From: Pedobacter sp.
GTDB lineage: Bacteria > Bacteroidota > Bacteroidia > Sphingobacteriales > Sphingobacteriaceae
DNA: 64,000 nucleotides
Reading direction: 5' to 3'
Assembly (NCBI RefSeq): GCF_046462515.1
Contig: NZ_JBKGVD010000006.1
Location: 107,335-171,334, forward strand
Under the pieces are notes generated by a model, which worked only from the letters and a program-made list of their open reading frames with translations, had not been told where the DNA came from and did no database searches. Made by a program: the position numbers and the translations under genes. Shown piece after piece: positions 62,783 through 64,000 of the stretch. The first letter of the stretch is position 1, and every line of letters begins with the position of its first letter.

Positions 62783-64000
62783 TTAATAATTGAAAGTGGC
62801 TTTTAGTAAAGCAATACGGCCCGGAATATTATAACTGCCATTAGAGTAATTATTGGCAGAAACATAGATAGCCTCGAATTTCTTTACATTAAACAGGTTA
62901 TTCACTACAAAATCTATGTCAGTTTTGATTTTAGCTATACGGTAACGTATAGAAAAATCTGCAAACACGTAACTCAGATTCGGCTGGTCCTTCTGGTAGG
63001 TAAGAAGATAGTCGGTATTTAAGAAGAAACTGATGTCTTTTATGCTATATCTCACACCCGCGTTTTGCTTAAACTGATTAAAGCTGGTTTTAACCTGTGT
63101 TTGTTTTGCGGTATTGAAAGATTGATTAAAAAGTCCTTCATAAGTTATACTTAATGACTTAATAAACCTGCTTTCAAAACCAAATTTATACTGATAATTA
63201 TTGCTGCTGTAAGGTAGCAATACGTTGTTCTGTAGCTGGTTAAAACTAGAATTAGAATAAGAGGCGTTTAAATTAACAGTAGTGCTTACATCAAATAAAT
63301 ACTTGCTGATGCCTGCGGTAGTGTTTAAACTTCTTACAGTGTTCTTTAAAGGTAACACGATTCTTTCCTGTGTGCTATTGGTTAACTGATAGGATGAGAT
63401 CGTATTATTATTTATGATACTATAGTTTGCGCCTAAATTGGCAAAGAACATTTTTACGGCTTTTTTGTAATTAAAAGATCCGCCAAAATTATGTACATTG
63501 CTTTCAGAAAGAGGGGCATTGTTAGAGAAAAATGAACGGTAATTTTTTAAAATGGTGCCGTGGTAAACATCTGTGATATTGCCAATATTATTACGGAACG
63601 CATAATTTACATTGAATTCATTTTCTCTGCCAATTTTTTGCTGTAATCTGAACACCGGATTAAAGATCAGTTTTTCTAAACCACTGTTTACATTTTGCAG
63701 GTCATCTTTATAATTGATGTCTATCCAGCTAAGTGGTAAGGCAAGGTTGGCCTTGGTTCTACTGGTACTGTACTCAAGAGAAGATTCTGCATAATAACTT
63801 AGTTTATTCCAGCTCAGGTTATTTTTCATGTTTTGATCAACCTCAGTTTGCGTGTTGCCATCCAAATTCTTGATCAGGTTACTGTTAAGTGTTTGGTTCT
63901 GGTAATTCAAGCCTAATTTATAAGAGTGTGTAAACTGGCCTTTTGCGAAGCTGATGGCTGCATAATTATTGGTATAAAAGGCAGGAATATTTACTTTTTG
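62783..64000 (-). CDS. Outer-membrane beta-barrel protein (TonB-dependent receptor-like), 3' part
   Basis: Frame stays open from 63910 to the window end (QKVNIPAFYTNNYAAISF...); amphipathic strands; terminal NNLFN...PGRIALLKATFNY. Confidence 0.82.
   Translation of the reverse strand, partial: QKVNIPAFYTNNYAAISFAKGQFTHSYKLGLNYQNQTLNSNLIKNLDGNTQTEVDQNMKNNLSWNKLSYYAESSLEYSTSRTKANLALPLSWIDINYKDDLQNVNSGLEKLIFNPVFRLQQKIGRENEFNVNYAFRNNIGNITDVYHGTILKNYRSFFSNNAPLSESNVHNFGGSFNYKKAVKMFFANLGANYSIINNNTISSYQLTNSTQERIVLPLKNTVRSLNTTAGISKYLFDVSTTVNLNASYSNSSFNQLQNNVLLPYSSNNYQYKFGFESRFIKSLSITYEGLFNQSFNTAKQTQVKTSFNQFKQNAGVRYSIKDISFFLNTDYLLTYQKDQPNLSYVFADFSIRYRIAKIKTDIDFVVNNLFNVKKFEAIYVSANNYSNGSYNIPGRIALLKATFNY

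Noticed and set aside
63908..63910. TTG start given by the ORF track for the last gene
   Set aside because: The frame stays open to position 64000, so the true start lies outside the window.
1..64000. tRNA, rRNA, riboswitch, prophage or anti-phage defence genes
   Set aside because: I recognised no cloverleaf, rRNA-like or riboswitch sequence, and no phage, integrase, restriction-modification or defence-family motifs. Covariance-model searches would be needed to exclude small RNAs.

Overview
AT-rich chromosomal window from a Bacteroidota genome, most like Sphingobacteriaceae (Pedobacter/Pseudopedobacter). This is inferred from gene content, protein style and TAnnTTTG -7 promoter boxes. It holds about 60 CDS. 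Most are housekeeping or envelope genes: rnr (partial), gatB, a PhoB-like regulator, fabF, udk, dps, a UbiD decarboxylase, proS, alpha-2-macroglobulin/pbpC, topB, rplU-rpmA, alkB/ada, mntR-mntH, ung, lysS, an ECF sigma/anti-sigma pair, blaI/blaR and a partial outer-membrane barrel. Two small accessory-looking blocks lie at about 36.4-41.2 kb and 52.2-54.8 kb. I saw no rRNA, tRNA, CRISPR array, integrase or transposase. Best leads: (1) a FixL-type heme-PAS kinase paired with a receiver-Crp/Fnr fusion regulator, a compact oxygen-sensing system; (2) an alkylglycerol-monooxygenase-like gene overlapping a lysoplasmalogenase gene, a possible ether-lipid catabolism module; (3) an exported YahJ-like deaminase with a lipoprotein YahD-like ankyrin and an AraC regulator; (4) dispersed GACG-tailed REP-like hairpins whose stems covary, two of them nested in outer inverted repeats; (5) an internally deleted GxxExxY nuclease remnant missed by the ORF track; (6) a topoisomerase III resembling the conjugative-transposon type, with no ICE around it; (7) candidate operators (Pho-like, MntR, BlaI). 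All family assignments come from motif recognition and recalled sequences, not database searches.
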